Source: Octopus vulgaris
Lineage: Eukaryota
Direction: 5' to 3'
Length of the DNA: 64,000 bases
Assembly: GCA_951406725.2 (NCBI GenBank)
Contig: OX597815.1
Span: 100,316,001 to 100,380,000, forward strand
Both the position numbers and the translations under genes were made by a program. The notes below the pieces were generated by a model that ran no database searches, had not been told where the DNA came from, and was given only the letters and a program-made list of their open reading frames with translations. Position 1 is the stretch's first letter; the number at the start of each line of letters is the position of its first letter. Positions 1-14,900 of the stretch are shown piece by piece.

Positions 1-186
1 CCAGATATCATCAGGGTTATTTTATATAAAAAGCTAACGCTTACATATTTTTTCAAAACATACTGAATAAAATTGATGCGGTCCTCATCTATCTTATTCA
101 GTATGTTTTTTACCACCAATGTGAATTCGTTTGAAAAAATAGGTAAGTGTTAGCTTTTTGTATAAAATAACCCTGATGATATCTGG
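1..186. repeat. Inverted repeat/foldback (arms ~1-57 and ~130-186) with nested hairpin 55-109; probable inverted Penelope-like terminal repeats
   Basis: ccagatatcatcagggttattttatataaaaagctaacgcttacatattttttcaaa is the near-exact reverse complement of tttgaaaaaataggtaagtgttagctttttgtataaaataaccctgatgatatctgg. Inner stem aaaacatactgaataa/ttattcagtatgtttt. Each arm carries CTGATGA. May extend left of the window. Confidence 0.85.
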
Positions 187-422
187 TTAAACTGTGGGCT
201 TTTTTACATCAAGAACTCTATCAGCAGAAGGAAACGAGCTCAATGAACCACAGATATGCGTAAGTTGTTTCTCTTCTATCAGCAGTGAGGTTTACGTGAG
301 TAGCATAGCTAGTTAAGAAAATATCAATAATGTAACAAGAAAAGTTCAAAAGTAAATGAAAAGAAGATCTACAGAGATGAATTTGGAGTATTACAATAAA
401 GAATCCACAATTTGAAGACAAT

Positions 423-705
423 GATCCTTTCTATTATTGACAAAAGATCTCAAATTTGGGGGAGCTGGAGCAAATCGATCACATGGACCCCAGTGCTCAA
501 TCCTTTCTACAATAGGCACAAAAATATTTTAGGTGAAGGGGATAGTTAATCACATCAAACCCCATCGTTCATCTGGTACTTATTTCATCGACCCCGAAGA
601 ATGAAAGGCAAAGTCGATCTCGGTGGTATATGAACTCAGACCGTAGAGACAGACGAAATGCTGCTAAGTATTCTGACCGGTGTGCTAACGATTCTGCCAG
701 CTCAC
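423..705 (-). mobile_element. SINE family B fragments (..gagctggcagaatcgttagcac..gtcgactttgcctttcatcc..)
   Basis: Reverse-complement similarity to the copies at 15514-15937, 38895-39096 and 59351-59556. Confidence 0.75.
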
Positions 706-1039
706 CAAGAATAATCACAATAAAAGTACACTACGCAACAATAATAACAACAAATACCTTATTTGACCTTATGCCACAGTAAGAAATCATTCTTTATTAT
801 TAATCTCAGTCCACAACAAGGTTTCGATTCTCAGCAGGGAATATTCACCTATCTTTCAAGGGTTATTGTCCATGATAATAGCTTGGACTTCATAACTTCA
901 CAGTTCCCTCCTACACACACGTACATGCCCGACACACACATACACACGCGAATCTTGATCTTCATGTCAATCTACGAAGACTTTATTAACTCAGCAGCGT
1001 AGTTTTCAATTTTACCAGTACTTTGTTCTCAATGAATCA

Positions 1040-1099
1040 TACACACATATATGTATGCATATATATACATACACACGCTTATATATACATGTACATATG

Positions 1100-1166
<67 letters not shown>

Positions 1167-1193
1167 ATGTATATATAGTTATTTACATACATA

Positions 1194-1256
<63 letters not shown>

Positions 1257-1311
1257 TTATACACATATATATATATATATACATATATATATTGATTTAT
1301 ATATATAAATG

Positions 1312-1404
<93 letters not shown>

Positions 1405-1727
1405 CTGATCTTATTATTGACATATTTTTTTTATTATTTTATTTACCATTTTTTTTGTCTCCATTCAGCTCTTATGATTTATACTGACCATAATCTCCAC
1501 CCTGCAACATATTTCAGATTTCATCTCAACTTCATCGTTTCTGTTTGTGTGGCAGGTGGGTGGATGGGTGTGTGTGTGTGCATGTGTATGTGTTCGTCTG
1601 TGCGTGTGTATGTGTATGTGTGCCTGTGTGCGTCTGTGTGTGTCAGTGTATTTGTATGATGTGTCTGTGTGCGTGTATGTGTGCATGTATATAAATATAC
1701 ACAGATTTATATATACACATATTTGCA

Positions 1728-1789
<62 letters not shown>

Positions 1790-1867
1790 CAAATATATAT
1801 ATGCGAATATATATATATATATATATATCATACATGTAAATAAATAATATATATATACATATATATG

Positions 1868-1910
<43 letters not shown>

Positions 1911-2052
1911 ACATATATATATGTATGTATATGTATGTAACTAACTATATATATATACATATATTAATGTACATATATATTATATATGTGTGTATGTGCA
2001 CGTCACCCATCTTATACATTATACTTCCTTTTACACCTTTGGACATACACAT

Positions 2053-2137
<85 letters not shown>

Positions 2138-2180
2138 GCACACTCAGGTATTTATATATATTCATATACACACATATATT

Positions 2181-2220
<40 letters not shown>

Positions 2221-2240
2221 GAGCACACTCACACACACAC
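1040..2240. repeat. Compound microsatellite block (TA)n/(TG)n/(CA)n, representative of dozens in the window
   Basis: Directly visible dinucleotide runs; similar blocks at 2.6-4.3, 8.7-9.2, 22.8-25.3, 43-45.9, 56.1-58.5 and 60.9-61.7 kb. Confidence 0.95.
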
Positions 2241-2767
2241 AGCGAAATGTATCGGTGAGAGATGACATTAGCGCTGCTTGTCCGGCAATATTCAATTAAT
2301 TTTCTCACAATATATATCCAATAAATTGCATATGTTTCTCCTGATTGATACGCTGAATTTCTGATCTTTCCATTTAGACAATGTAAGGCGCTCAAAGAAG
2401 TAGAAAAACACCACTCAATATTCTTCGTGATTGCCTGTCTTCGAGATAACATTTTCCAATCTGTTCCTTCTTTATTTAAGCGGTTGCATTGCCTCTTGTC
2501 ACAAAGTCCAGTGCCAGTCAGAAAGTGCTAAGAAGAGAAAAACAATGGTCCATTTTTGTCAATAACAATTTCAAAAAAATAAAGCATTCGATTCCTTCAT
2601 AGCAATGTGTGCGTGTGTGTTTATGTGCGCGCGTGTGTGTGTATGTGCGTGTGTGTGCGTGCGTATACTTATATACACACACATACAAACATACAAATAC
2701 ACATATCTTTCGAGACAACTAAATAAACGAGTATGCATATGCATACATAGATATACATTTTCATATG

Positions 2768-2839
<72 letters not shown>

Positions 2840-3225
2840 TATACATATTTATACATATATATATACATATATATATACATTTATATATGCATGTATATAT
2901 ACACACACACATACAAATGCATGAACATACATATGTATGTACGTACGTAAGTGTGTGTGTGTATGAGTGTGTGTGTGTGTGTATGTGTGTGTGTGTGCAT
3001 GTGTGTGTGTATGTGCGTGTCTGCGTACCTACATGCAAGCGTGTGAATAATACAAATCGTCGAAGTGTTGGTGTTCCTGACGTACGAACTGTCAGGTTTC
3101 TCCGAGTAAAATTTGCCCAGAGGCAATGAGTGAATGAACAAATGCGTAGGTGGATGGATATGTGTGTGTGTGTATATATATTTGTATGTATATGTATCTG
3201 TCCACACACACACACATACACACAC

Positions 3226-3256
<31 letters not shown>

Positions 3257-3611
3257 CAGAGAGAGAGACACACACATATTTGCCAACATGTTATCTGTTG
3301 GGCGATGTTGGTATGACGGTTGTGGAGTTTCCAGCTGTGGCACTGTCGGTTGTTGATGCGAAACGTTAAAGCGAAACAGAGAGAGAGATACACAGAGAGA
3401 GAAACCGAGACAGATAGAGAGACAGAGACACAGTGAGTGAGAGAGAGAGAGAGAGATGGAGACATAAATACAGAGAAATTAGGAGGGAGAGAAGAGACAG
3501 ATCAGCTGACATTTCTTTAATTAGTAGTCTCACCAACTGCTCGCCTGCATCAAACTTTGAAATTTGATAGTATATCGATCTGAGTATGTGCGTATTCGTA
3601 AAACTATACTA

Positions 3612-3656
<45 letters not shown>

Positions 3657-3679
3657 TAATATATATATATTTTATCATA

Positions 3680-3770
<91 letters not shown>

Positions 3771-3843
3771 CATATATATATGCATACATACATGCATTCA
3801 TATATAAATGAATGCGTATATTAATATATATATATATACATAT

Positions 3844-3888
<45 letters not shown>

Positions 3889-5285
3889 ATATATATATAT
3901 TATTTATACAATTATTATAATATATATATATATACACGCGCACACATATGTATACACATGTACATATACATGCATATATTTATACACACACATTCATACA
4001 TGATATATACCTTTATATATGCAGATATGCACGCTTATACACATGTATACACAAAGTTGTGATACATGGATGTAACATCGAGACAAACATACATACATAC
4101 ATACATGCTTGCATGCATATAAATATACATATATATATAGAGAGAGAGAGAGACAGAGACAGACAGACAGAGAGACAGAGAGACAGAGGAGAGAGAGAGA
4201 GAGACATTCCTACTCTCATTATACAGAGATACACATCCACAGCACACACACGCACATTTGCGTGCGTTCGTGCGTGTGCATGTATGTGTGTGTGTGTGTT
4301 TAAATCTGTGTTGTAGACAAAAACATGACGAATTTAACTATTTCTCCTTAAATTGAAAAAATGGTGAACAGCTTTAATCGATTTTTCGATCCTTATTGAC
4401 GCCTCATCCGAGATGCGTACATCATTTGACCAATCCTATACATATGTATACATACATTACATATATCATACATTCATATATGCATATATTCATAAATACA
4501 TTTCGATTTTTAGTTCCTTAACATTTTCTTTGGCTATGATAGCTAAGGCCATGCTAGAGCGCCCTCTTTAGAGTTCAGTGTTGTGTATCTTCCACGTCGT
4601 CTCTGTACATATCCAAAGATCTCACTTTTCTTTGGGCCGTAGTTGTGTATATGTGACTTTCCGATTCACTGGACAAAGAATCTATAAAGTATCTCTGCGC
4701 TGATTCTAATATTTTGCAGCTGGTTGGCTGGTTACGATACTAGGAATAAATGCATTTGGATAGCTTTCAAAAGTTTACAAGAGAAAGCGTTGTGAAGTTT
4801 TGTAAACTTTGGACGGGCCTTGGACATATAGTACAGTTGTTGGCTACACTAAAGTGTTGTTCTGATACAAGGGATGCAGGAAGGGTGTCTTGGGATCTGA
4901 CTATACCTCCCATTTCTCTAGTTTGTTTGTTTTTGTTGTTGGTTCTTTTTTCTTCTGTCTTATATGACAAAGTTTGTAACAAGATTTTTCAAGAGCCTTT
5001 CACATATATTTAATGGAATGACATTCCTGTCAGCATTCCAAAGCGAAAGATGTAATGTGTGGAAGATTTCCTTGTAATTAAGGTTTCTGACAATGCTTTT
5101 TTCTGGGTTTTGCTTTTTGTTTTTGGGGTTTTTTTTCTAGGGGTTTGTTTTTTGCTTGTTTTTTTCTTATTCGTGAATACATTTCTTGCGACATATTTAT
5201 AACTATACAAGAGTCGTTGTTGCTCTTGCTGTCGCTCCAGGATGGCCGCATCCTTCGGAACTCGAATTAATAAAAGAATAAGTGA

Positions 5286-5400
<115 letters not shown>

Positions 5401-5660
5401 CGTGAGTTTGTCCGCCACCATCGCACGACCACCAGTTTTTGTATGTTTACGTCTCTGTAAAGTAGCGATTCAGCAAAAGGGATTGATACAATAGAACAAG
5501 ATTTTTAAAAAATTATAAGTACTGAGGGCAATTACTTCAACTGAAATTTTTCAAGGCAGAGCCCCAGCATGATTGCAGTCTAATGACTGAAACAACTAAA
5601 AGTTAAGAGAGAGAGAGAGAGAAAGAGAGAAAGAGAGAGAGAGAGATGGATGGATGGAGG

Positions 5661-5759
<99 letters not shown>

Positions 5760-6104
5760 GCATATATATATATATATATATGTATATACATACGCACGCA
5801 TAAACATTTATACGTGCGTGTGTGTATGTGTGTGTAAATGCGAGTGTCTATGTGTGCGCATGCGTATATGTTTTTGTGTGTGTGTGTTCTTATAGTTTCA
5901 CAGCGTGTATTTATGTACGTGCTATATATTGATGTGAGCTTATGTTTATATATACTTATGTGTATGTGTATTCGCGTGCATGTGCTATGTACGTCTGTGT
6001 GCTTTATTTCTGTATGCTTGCATGCATGTGTGCATGTCTGTGCACTTCATATATATATATATATATATATATATGCTCGAATATGAACAAGTGAGTGTAT
6101 ATAA

Positions 6105-6171
<67 letters not shown>

Positions 6172-6596
6172 GCATCAGAAAGAAAGGTCTAATTTACCTG
6201 CTGAGTCAGATAAAAAAAATAGGATGGACACTTGACAGGCAGACATACACACATGCATGCAGAAAGATAGACTGATAGACAGCAAGGCCTACTGTCTAGT
6301 TAACTGTTGCAGTGATCATGTGGTCAAAGAAACCAGAACACTTTCAAGAACAATATAACTCCTGGCGCCAACTAATCTTCCAATCTATTGTATCGTTGAC
6401 AACCTGTCCAAATAGGGAATCGTCTACCACAAACTGTTACGGAGATTTCAAATTGTCCATACTTAACAATTGGATATTTCTACTGGGTAATCTGACATAT
6501 TGTGCATGTGTATACCGATTTGCTGACATGCAAGCGTCTTTGTATGTATGTTTGTGTGTTTATGCATGTTTGTGTGCGTGTATATATTCGTGGACG

Positions 6597-6689
<93 letters not shown>

Positions 6690-6862
6690 ATTTCAGAATA
6701 CGTATGCAAAAGACGGTGAATTCGCACAGTTGTTATAACATCAGATAGAATCTCTTGTTACGTTTGTTCTTACACTTTGTGTTCTGAGTTCAAATTCCGC
6801 CAAGATCAACTTTGCCTTTCTTCTTTTCAGGTTTAATAAATGAAGTACCATTCCAGTACAAA

Positions 6863-6955
<93 letters not shown>

Positions 6956-6956
6956 A

Positions 6957-7205
6957 TATATTCACCGACAAATGTTTCATTTCATAAACAAAATTAGAAT
7001 TACAAAACATATATAAATATATAATTTTGGATTTTAAATAAATGCCTATATATTCTGAGTATTCCAGACGTATCTTAATGAAATCCTTGTGTTGTCCTTT
7101 GTACACCGTGATGATTTTCCATACAAGGTATTTAAAATGCAACATTATTTATATGTTTTGTAATTTTAATTTTGTTTGTGAAATGAAATAACTGTAGATG
7201 AATAT
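6957..7205. repeat. AT-rich inverted repeat (~60-bp arms)
   Basis: atattcaccgacaaatgtttcatttcataaacaaaattagaattacaaaacatata is reverse-complementary to tatatgttttgtaattttaattttgtttgtgaaatgaaataactgtagatgaatat; inner ttggattttaaata/tatttaaaatgcaa. Confidence 0.8.
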
Positions 7206-7264
7206 GTTAATTAATTAATAAATTAATTTGTATCCGTTAGATCTCTCTGTTTTCTAACTCGATA

Positions 7265-7353
<89 letters not shown>

Positions 7354-7359
7354 GGTAGG

Positions 7360-7445
<86 letters not shown>

Positions 7446-7454
7446 TACATATAA

Positions 7455-7554
7455 GAGGGATGACCACTAAGTGGACGTCCATTATGCTAGGAGTCGAATT
7501 AAATTGATATTAATCAAATTAATATTCAACTATTCACCCTTATTATTTTATTTA
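7455..7554 (+). mobile_element. Short copy of the hammerhead-bearing element family at 40261-40900
   Basis: gagggatgaccactaagtggac..attatgctag followed by ttaaattgatattaatcaaattaatattcaa..ttcacccttattattt; both blocks match 40263-40387. Confidence 0.85.
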
Positions 7555-7589
7555 TATATATATATATACATAATATGTGTTTCTGCCTT

Positions 7590-7810
7590 TGTGTTTGAGT
7601 ATGTCTCCACTACCACTTGACATCTAGAGTTGGTTTATTTGCGTCCCGGTAAGTGAGTGGTGTCGGCAAAAGAGAGCGATAGAATAAGTACCGGATTTTA
7701 AAAGATAAATAAGTACCACGATCGATTTGTTCGATTAAACCCTTCAAGGAGGTGCCCCAGCATGGCCGCAATCAAATAACTGAAACAATTAAAGTAAACA
7801 AAGGATAAAG
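7590..7810 (+). mobile_element. SINE family A, 3' half
   Basis: cggcaaaagagagcgatagaataagtacc...aaggaggtgccccagcatggccgca..tgaaaca, matching 33448-33863. Confidence 0.75.
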
Positions 7811-8869
7811 GATGACATCAAAAGTATTCCATTGATATTCTCTAAAAAACAATCTTCAATATCTCAAAGGCTTGTAGTCAGTTTGATAATTCTCTTCTCA
7901 ACGTCTATGTTTTTTTTTTATAATAGAGTGGGAACCATACATATCGTTTTAAGGTAGGCAGAAAACTTATATTTCTTATTATTAGCTTCGGCGTAAACAA
8001 AAATGAATGTGAGAAAATAAAAGCCCAAAAGGAGAAGGACAGAGAGAGAGACAGACAGAGATTTCCTGTGCTAACTATAAAACAAACGGTATAGAACTTA
8101 GAAAATACATTATATAACCCCCAGATTAATTAACTGAAAAACCATGACTAACATGCCGGTATATAGGTTATCATGCGACATGTCACTGTCTAATCTTGCA
8201 CAGATCAAAGATGAGATGCAACGCTGAATGATGCAGTTGAGCCTTTCTCTACTTAACAAGTACTTTTATTTTTACTGAAAGTATATTTACATTCTCTGTT
8301 GAATCCTTTTGTATGCATTAAACAAGCGGGTTCGTTGCAATCTGTTGAAATAAACATACATATCTCTCTAATAGAGTGCCTGAAACAGCTTCTTCTGTGT
8401 GAACACTATTGTTGGGCCACTTATAGTTAATCAATATTATCTATTAGCTCTCAAGAAAAACTGGGGACAAAAATAAAAACATAACGAATCAAATAAACGA
8501 AACAGCTCAGGAGAAAAGAAAGCGGTAAATCAAACAAGTAGATGTCGACTTATTTTTGTCAACAAAGATTGTCCATAATCTGACGTAGGCCATTGTTGAC
8601 TCTGTTCATGTCTAACACCAAATATAAATCAATGGTGCAACTACTATATCAGCACGAAGCCACGCAAAGATTCGCGTTATGTACACGTTCATATAGATAT
8701 CACCGTGTATTATAACCAGCTAAACCCAGAACTCATGCATCTAAAACAAACACACATACACACACGCATGCACAAACATGTACCTATAATATACATACAT
8801 GAGTGTGTGTGTTGTGTATAACTGTCTATGTGTATATATATATATATACATACATGCATACATACATAT

Positions 8870-8923
<54 letters not shown>

Positions 8924-9043
8924 ATATCCATATATATATATAGCATGTATATAAATGTATGTAGACGTATGCATATATATATATATACATATGTATGCAT
9001 ATATGTGTATGTATATATATATACATTGTGTGTGTGTGTGTGT

Positions 9044-9109
<66 letters not shown>

Positions 9110-9639
9110 ATGCATGCTTGCATGTAAAAGCATATATGTATAAACTTGCATATATTGAAATGTATTAACAGACAAGCAAACGTATACAAAAGTAAATATA
9201 GTGGTATATACATATGTATGTTCACGCACGCGTATGTACATACATGCATACATAATTGTACAAAAAAAGTGAAAAAGAAAAGGCAACTATTTTGATAATA
9301 AAGTGAGCAGAACTCTCTGTTGTACACAACACAAAGGAGGAGAATGAAAACACTTAAAACGATGACACCAAACAGTATTTTTCTTGTCTGAAGAGCTACT
9401 TCCGTTTGTGTAAGTTGTAGATACAACAATGAGGACGCGAGAAAATGTCGCCAGACAATTTAAACATAATCAGAGAAAGATGAAGGAAAATAAGAGTTTC
9501 AAGTTTACTTGTTGTCATCGTGTTTACTCGTCTACGTGAAATGTTTGAGAAGCTTTTGTAAAACACCTGATGTTTCCTGCGACAAGTGGAAGATCTTCCT
9601 TAGAGCAGAACGAATAAAAACAGTCGCTGTTTAGTTAAG

Positions 9640-10060
9640 GGCGGTGGATTGGCAAAATCTTCAGAGTGTCAGACAAAATTCCTTGAGTACACCTTCCGGC
9701 TTTTTTAAGTTCTTAGTTCAAACCCAGTGAGGCCAAACTTTGTCTTTTATGTTTCCAGGGTTGACAAAAATAAAGTAACACTTAAGTACTGATATAAAAA
9801 TCAATTGTCCCTTCCGGCGTTTTGACTAAAAAAAAAAACAAATATCATAAAGATAGCAAGTTGGCGGAATTGTGACGGAAACGAAAAAAATTTCTAGTAT
9901 TTATTCCGGCTCTTTACATTCTGAGTTCAAATCTTGCTGTCAACTTTGTTTTCATTCTTTCGGGATCAATAAAACATAGTACCAGTCAAGTACTGGGGTC
10001 GATAGTATTGATGAATCCCCTTCCCTCATAATTGACGGCCGTGTACCTAAATCAAAAACA
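9640..10060 (+). mobile_element. Two degenerate SINE family B copies
   Basis: ttctgagttcaaat...ctttgttttcattctttcgggatcaataaaacatagtaccagtcaagtactggggtcgat motif. Confidence 0.65.
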
Positions 10061-10094
10061 AGTAAATTGCATAGTATGGCTATAAAATACTGGG

Positions 10095-10432
10095 TTTTAT
10101 TGCTGTTTTTTTTTAAGAATATGAGCTGTTCTGAGGGTTGCAGATTTTTGGAGAGCTCGCACATCTGTCTTAATGTCTAGCTGTTTCAAGTGGCATAACG
10201 GTTTTATTGTGCTTTTTCTTCTTTTTTGAGTCAAATACTTCAATGATAACTGGCATCACTTTCAATTTTGCTGTTGGACATTTCCACATTCTTGGTATCT
10301 TTATCTGTATATTCTGCATATTTCGAGATTTTTTCTACGTCTTCGTCAGCAATATTTTTGTCTGAAGGAAGCGCGTCATCTACTATGAAGCATTCTTTAT
10401 GTTTGTGTTATGTATGATGATGTCTGGTCTAC
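10095..10432 (-). mobile_element. Decayed R4/Dong-like non-LTR retrotransposon, restriction-like endonuclease C-terminus
   Basis: Frameshifted minus-strand peptides RPDIII..KECFIVDDALPSDKNIADEDVEKISKY..IPRMWK..VMPVII..LQKSATLRTAHILKK resemble the PD..D RLE domain and the C-terminal LQK..LGTAHILR motif. Confidence 0.75.
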
Positions 10433-10619
10433 ATTAATTTTCAGAATTGTTAATAAAATAAACAAAGGGTCTTTGCAGTTTTCAGTGGCGACTATTTACA
10501 TTCTTGGTTCAAATCCCACTGATGCTAACTTTCTATTATATTTCATCCTTCTTGGGTTGAGTTAATGAACTAAATTTTACAGTTAAAACTTGTGATCTTG
10601 TGCTAATGTTAAAAATATA

Positions 10620-10656
<37 letters not shown>

Positions 10657-12466
10657 ATTATTATTATTATTATAATTATTATTATTATTATTATTATCAT
10701 TATTATTATCATCATCATCATCATCATCATTATCATCATCATCATCATTATTATTATTATATTATTATTATTATTACACTTTTCTTTCTGACCAAGCCCT
10801 AGTCGACTTTTTCAGGCTGCACTTGTAAAGGAAGAAAGTTATGGTGGAATTGGAGGTGCTACCCGCTAGCAAATTTGTAAAAAAAAAAATTTTTTTTTTT
10901 TTAAAGTGAATCTAACGAAAACGGCCGAGTGATTGGACATATTCTAAGCTGGAGTCTGTGAGCTGAAAAATACGTAGGAGAGAGGAGCATTTGCTATGGC
11001 ATTCTTGATTAGAAAGGTACTTCAGGATTTGTGGGGTTCTTTGATCTACTCTGGGTAATGTTTCCACCCTATTGAAAAAATGTATTGATTTACTTTTCTT
11101 GTTATTATTCAGTGGTGACGATAATTGAACACCATTGCGAATATTCGGTATCAGGCTCTCAGTCGGGTGTGTCCTCCCTCTCGTTTCTAATTCTAGTTGT
11201 GGGTTTTCAGCTGTTCTGTTGAAGATAGAGGAGCGAGAAACATACACTGAATCTGAAATGCGCAGGAAAATTGTGTCAGCATACACTAGTTATTCTGTAG
11301 AAGACGGGGGTGGGGCATAAGGAGTTATGTTCTCGTGGTTACCTTGGTCATCGACGAAGACCAGATTAGTAGTCTACTTCGGGACATTTTTGACCTCGTG
11401 ACTTCGGAAAACTTCCAGAAACTTCTCACCTACCATGGAGTGGCACTACTGGTATGGTATAAACTTTACAGACATTAAGTGCCGTCACTTGAGTCCAGCC
11501 GGCATAAGTGGAGAGCGATGAAACTGTTCGTCATGTACACGTACAGCGTCTGAGCAATGCTGACTTGCGAAGTTATAGCGAACGAACGACCGTTATCGAA
11601 CGTGGGTTTCATTTGACTGTTGTCCAGTTTTAATATAAAGATTTACCCCCATCGCCACACATTTGAATATAGGCAGATCTCGATTTTGTGTTTATGGTGA
11701 AAGAGTACATGGTGGATATATTAGAAAGGATAGAAGACGCGTCTTTATCTCTCCGGCCGAGGTTTATCAGCTTCCTAAACGCGGTGGTAGGGAAGATGGT
11801 GGCATCTGGCATCTTCTAGCAAAGTTGATGACAGATGGGTGCAAGTGGTTGAACTGATGCGTCTGAGAGAACCAGTTCATGAATTCTGTCTGGAAAATGA
11901 ATTCGGAAAAGTAATTGGGATCTAGCGGTTTTCTGATTCTTCATAGATGGCTGTTCCCAACCCTCGGAGCGTGCTTTTGTTTTATACTGATGAAAAGAAA
12001 ATAAACTGCCATCCATTTTGTAATACGTTTTCTCCCAAACTTTTGTTGTTTATGCACGCGTGCACACTCAGAGACACACACACAAACAGACATACACACG
12101 CATACATATGTATATATACATATATATTAATATATAAAACAGAGTTTGTGCGTGTGTGTGTGCGCGCGCACTATTGTTCCTTATGGATTCGAAAACTGAG
12201 TTGCCAATTTTGACGCATGAGGTATCAAAAGATTCTGTAATCTTTCGGCTACCAAATAAAGTATGTTTTTTGCGCAACAACTCTTTTTTATGGCAGAAAT
12301 AACCTCGGAAACGAAGTCGGATCACACAATTTTGAGGTCTTTAGCTAAGGGAGACAACTCTCCCTGGACAATTTATGTCTTAGTATAATGAGAAAATGTT
12401 TAAAATACATGAGGGTATGAAACTACGAAGATATACCATCAATTTTATTAGTATTATCTAGTAGAT

Positions 12467-12512
<46 letters not shown>

Positions 12513-12545
12513 GTGTGTGCGTGCGTGTGTGCGTGCGTGAGTGTG

Positions 12546-12577
<32 letters not shown>

Positions 12578-14346
12578 TGTGTGTGTATGTGTGTGTGTGC
12601 GTGCGTATGTTTTGTTGTGCTGAAAAAAATACGTTTTCTCAGAATATTTTGCACAATGATTTTTTACGAAATCTGGACATCCTTCTCACTGCTAACCATT
12701 CAACTTCAAATTACAGTTGTTAACTGTTGGAGGTCAAGTAGACTGAGATGTACATATAGTGCTATCGTATAGAGTGGAAGTTCAATATGAAATTTTGAAC
12801 TTATCATCTTTTGGTTAGTGATCTATTACCTTAAATTTGAAGTCATTAAGTCCTTAAACATTATTTTACTGGGTTTAGTCTTTCGACTGTCACCGTGATG
12901 GGGTATCACCTTCAAAAATTTAATTGATCATACTGATCTTAGTATGTATTTCAATCTGACGTTTATTTCATAGATCTCTGCTTGATGAACTACAAACTTT
13001 GACACGTAGTGGAACACAATACTCAATTAAACATCAAATGTAAACACACACATATTAGATGCAAGAATGATTGTGCAGTTGAGAAGTTTGCGTCCCAACC
13101 ACATAGTTTCACGTCCATTCGCTCTGCATGATACCTTGGCCAAGTGTTTTTCAACTATATCCCTTGGCCAACCACAGACCTGTGACTGAATTTGGTAGAG
13201 GGAAACTGCAATGTTGTTCATCAGAAAATGACCGAAAAACATGTTTAAAAAAGATCCTCCACAACCAAAATCGTGGGATTCGGTAAAAAAAAAACAATTA
13301 ATATATATCCATTTTCCCGAAAGTATGACAGAAAAATCGAATTTTGTTAATTTTCCGAAAGTCCTGTCTCCACCCCTCCAGGTTCGTTTGCGCAAATTTT
13401 TTTTGTCATATTCGTTTTCTACACAATTGTTAACACCCAGCAGGCTGGTTTTTTGGGTTTTTTTTAACGAGTGAAGATCTTTATATTAACCAACACAGCG
13501 GCCCAAGGTGCCACGCAGCGGGACTGAACCTGGAACCACCTGGTTGTGAAGCAAGCTTCTTACGGCGCAGCCACACCTACGCTTCGATGAAAGAGGGTCC
13601 AGCAGGGCACAGCTACACAGTGTTCTTAGTTCGATCTTTCAGTCCATCTCCACTAACGAGAATTCATATTAAAAAGAAGTCCCCAATAATAACAAATCAT
13701 TCAGTAGGAAAACATCACTGGGGAAACTCATTGATTAATGATTGATTACATAGCTATGTTTTTTACTGGATTTTATATAACCAAAGACAAGTATCATCTC
13801 ATGAATCGTGTATTATCCAATAGGTCATTTATGTGTGATATCACATGTGATTCGAGGGGAATTTGGCTGCTATTTCTAGCAGATTGTGTGACCACGTAGA
13901 AACTCGCTCGATGGCTCATAGCACTTATGCTGCTGTTGTTGTTGTCGTTGTCGTCGCAGCACAAACTATTAGTGGCAGAGTCAGCAGGTGAAAATGCAAC
14001 TGCATTGAGAAATAAAGATGTAGGGCAGAGCCCTTCATTAGAGAACGAGGGAGTGGGGAGATAAGAGTGAAAACAAGAAGAAGGTATTGAAGTAGATAGT
14101 AAAGGAATGAGGAGGGAGATATGAAGACAGTGTATAAGTAGGTTGAGAGGAACAGACGGAGTCGATGAGATAATGTACAAGTAGATAGCGAGAGAATGAG
14201 GAGTAGGGTAAGCAATGTGAATGGTGGAGTAGGAGATTATATTTGATTGCCAAAGGTCTGTTGGTATGCCAACACTTTAAACATGACTCAGATTTGCTGT
14301 CAGCGACTGCGTTAAATTCGACTGTTTTAATACAGCCAGCCGACTA

Positions 14347-14418
14347 TCCCAAGTGGTCTAGTGGTTAGGATTCCGCGCTCTCACCGCGGCGGCCGGGGTT
14401 CGATTCCCCGCTTGGGAA
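14347..14418 (+). tRNA. trnE-CTC: tRNA-Glu (anticodon CTC)
   Basis: Full cloverleaf: acceptor TCCCAAG/CTTGGGA, anticodon stem CCGCG/CGCGG with CTC at 14380-14382, T-arm CGGGG-TTCGATT-CCCCG, Pol III terminator TTTTT at 14426-14430. Confidence 0.95.
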
Positions 14419-14828
14419 AGATGTATTTTTACCCCTTCTATTTTTGTTTATTGGTCTTTTTTATTCATAAATTTAGATATATTGAAAATTTTAGTTTAAT
14501 TCTGCAACGGCAGTTCGTGTTTTGCGAGACGATCAGAACTGCCCACTGTAGTGTCTTCTACCATAGCGTTACGCCAACTAAACTAAGTAAAATTAGGGAG
14601 ACGAAAATTGTGTGGAAGCTTTTTGAGAGGATTCTTTCCGTTCTTGGGAATGTCAGCATTAATATGCCGACCAATTTAACACCACTATTTCTCTTTCGAT
14701 ATCTTTGACGGTCTGTTGGTATATCTTTAACAGTTTGTTGGTATGCCGACAATTAAACATGACACAGTTTCGTAATGTTGTCAGCGGCTATGTATTAAAT
14801 TCAACTGTTTCATCAGCGCATCCGTATA

Positions 14829-14900
14829 TCCCAAGTAGTCTAGTGGTTAGGATTCCGCGCTCTCACCGCGGCGGCCGGGGTTCGATTCTCCGCTTGGGAA
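14829..14900 (+). tRNA. trnE-CTC: tRNA-Glu (CTC), second tandem copy with two substitutions
   Basis: Identical to the 14347 copy except G9>A and one C>T in the T-stem (G-U pair); T7 terminator right after. Confidence 0.88.

Noticed and set aside
9380-9460. ttgt-CTGAAGA-gc...GAAA...acaa
   Set aside because: No valid stem III or cleavage triplet in register.
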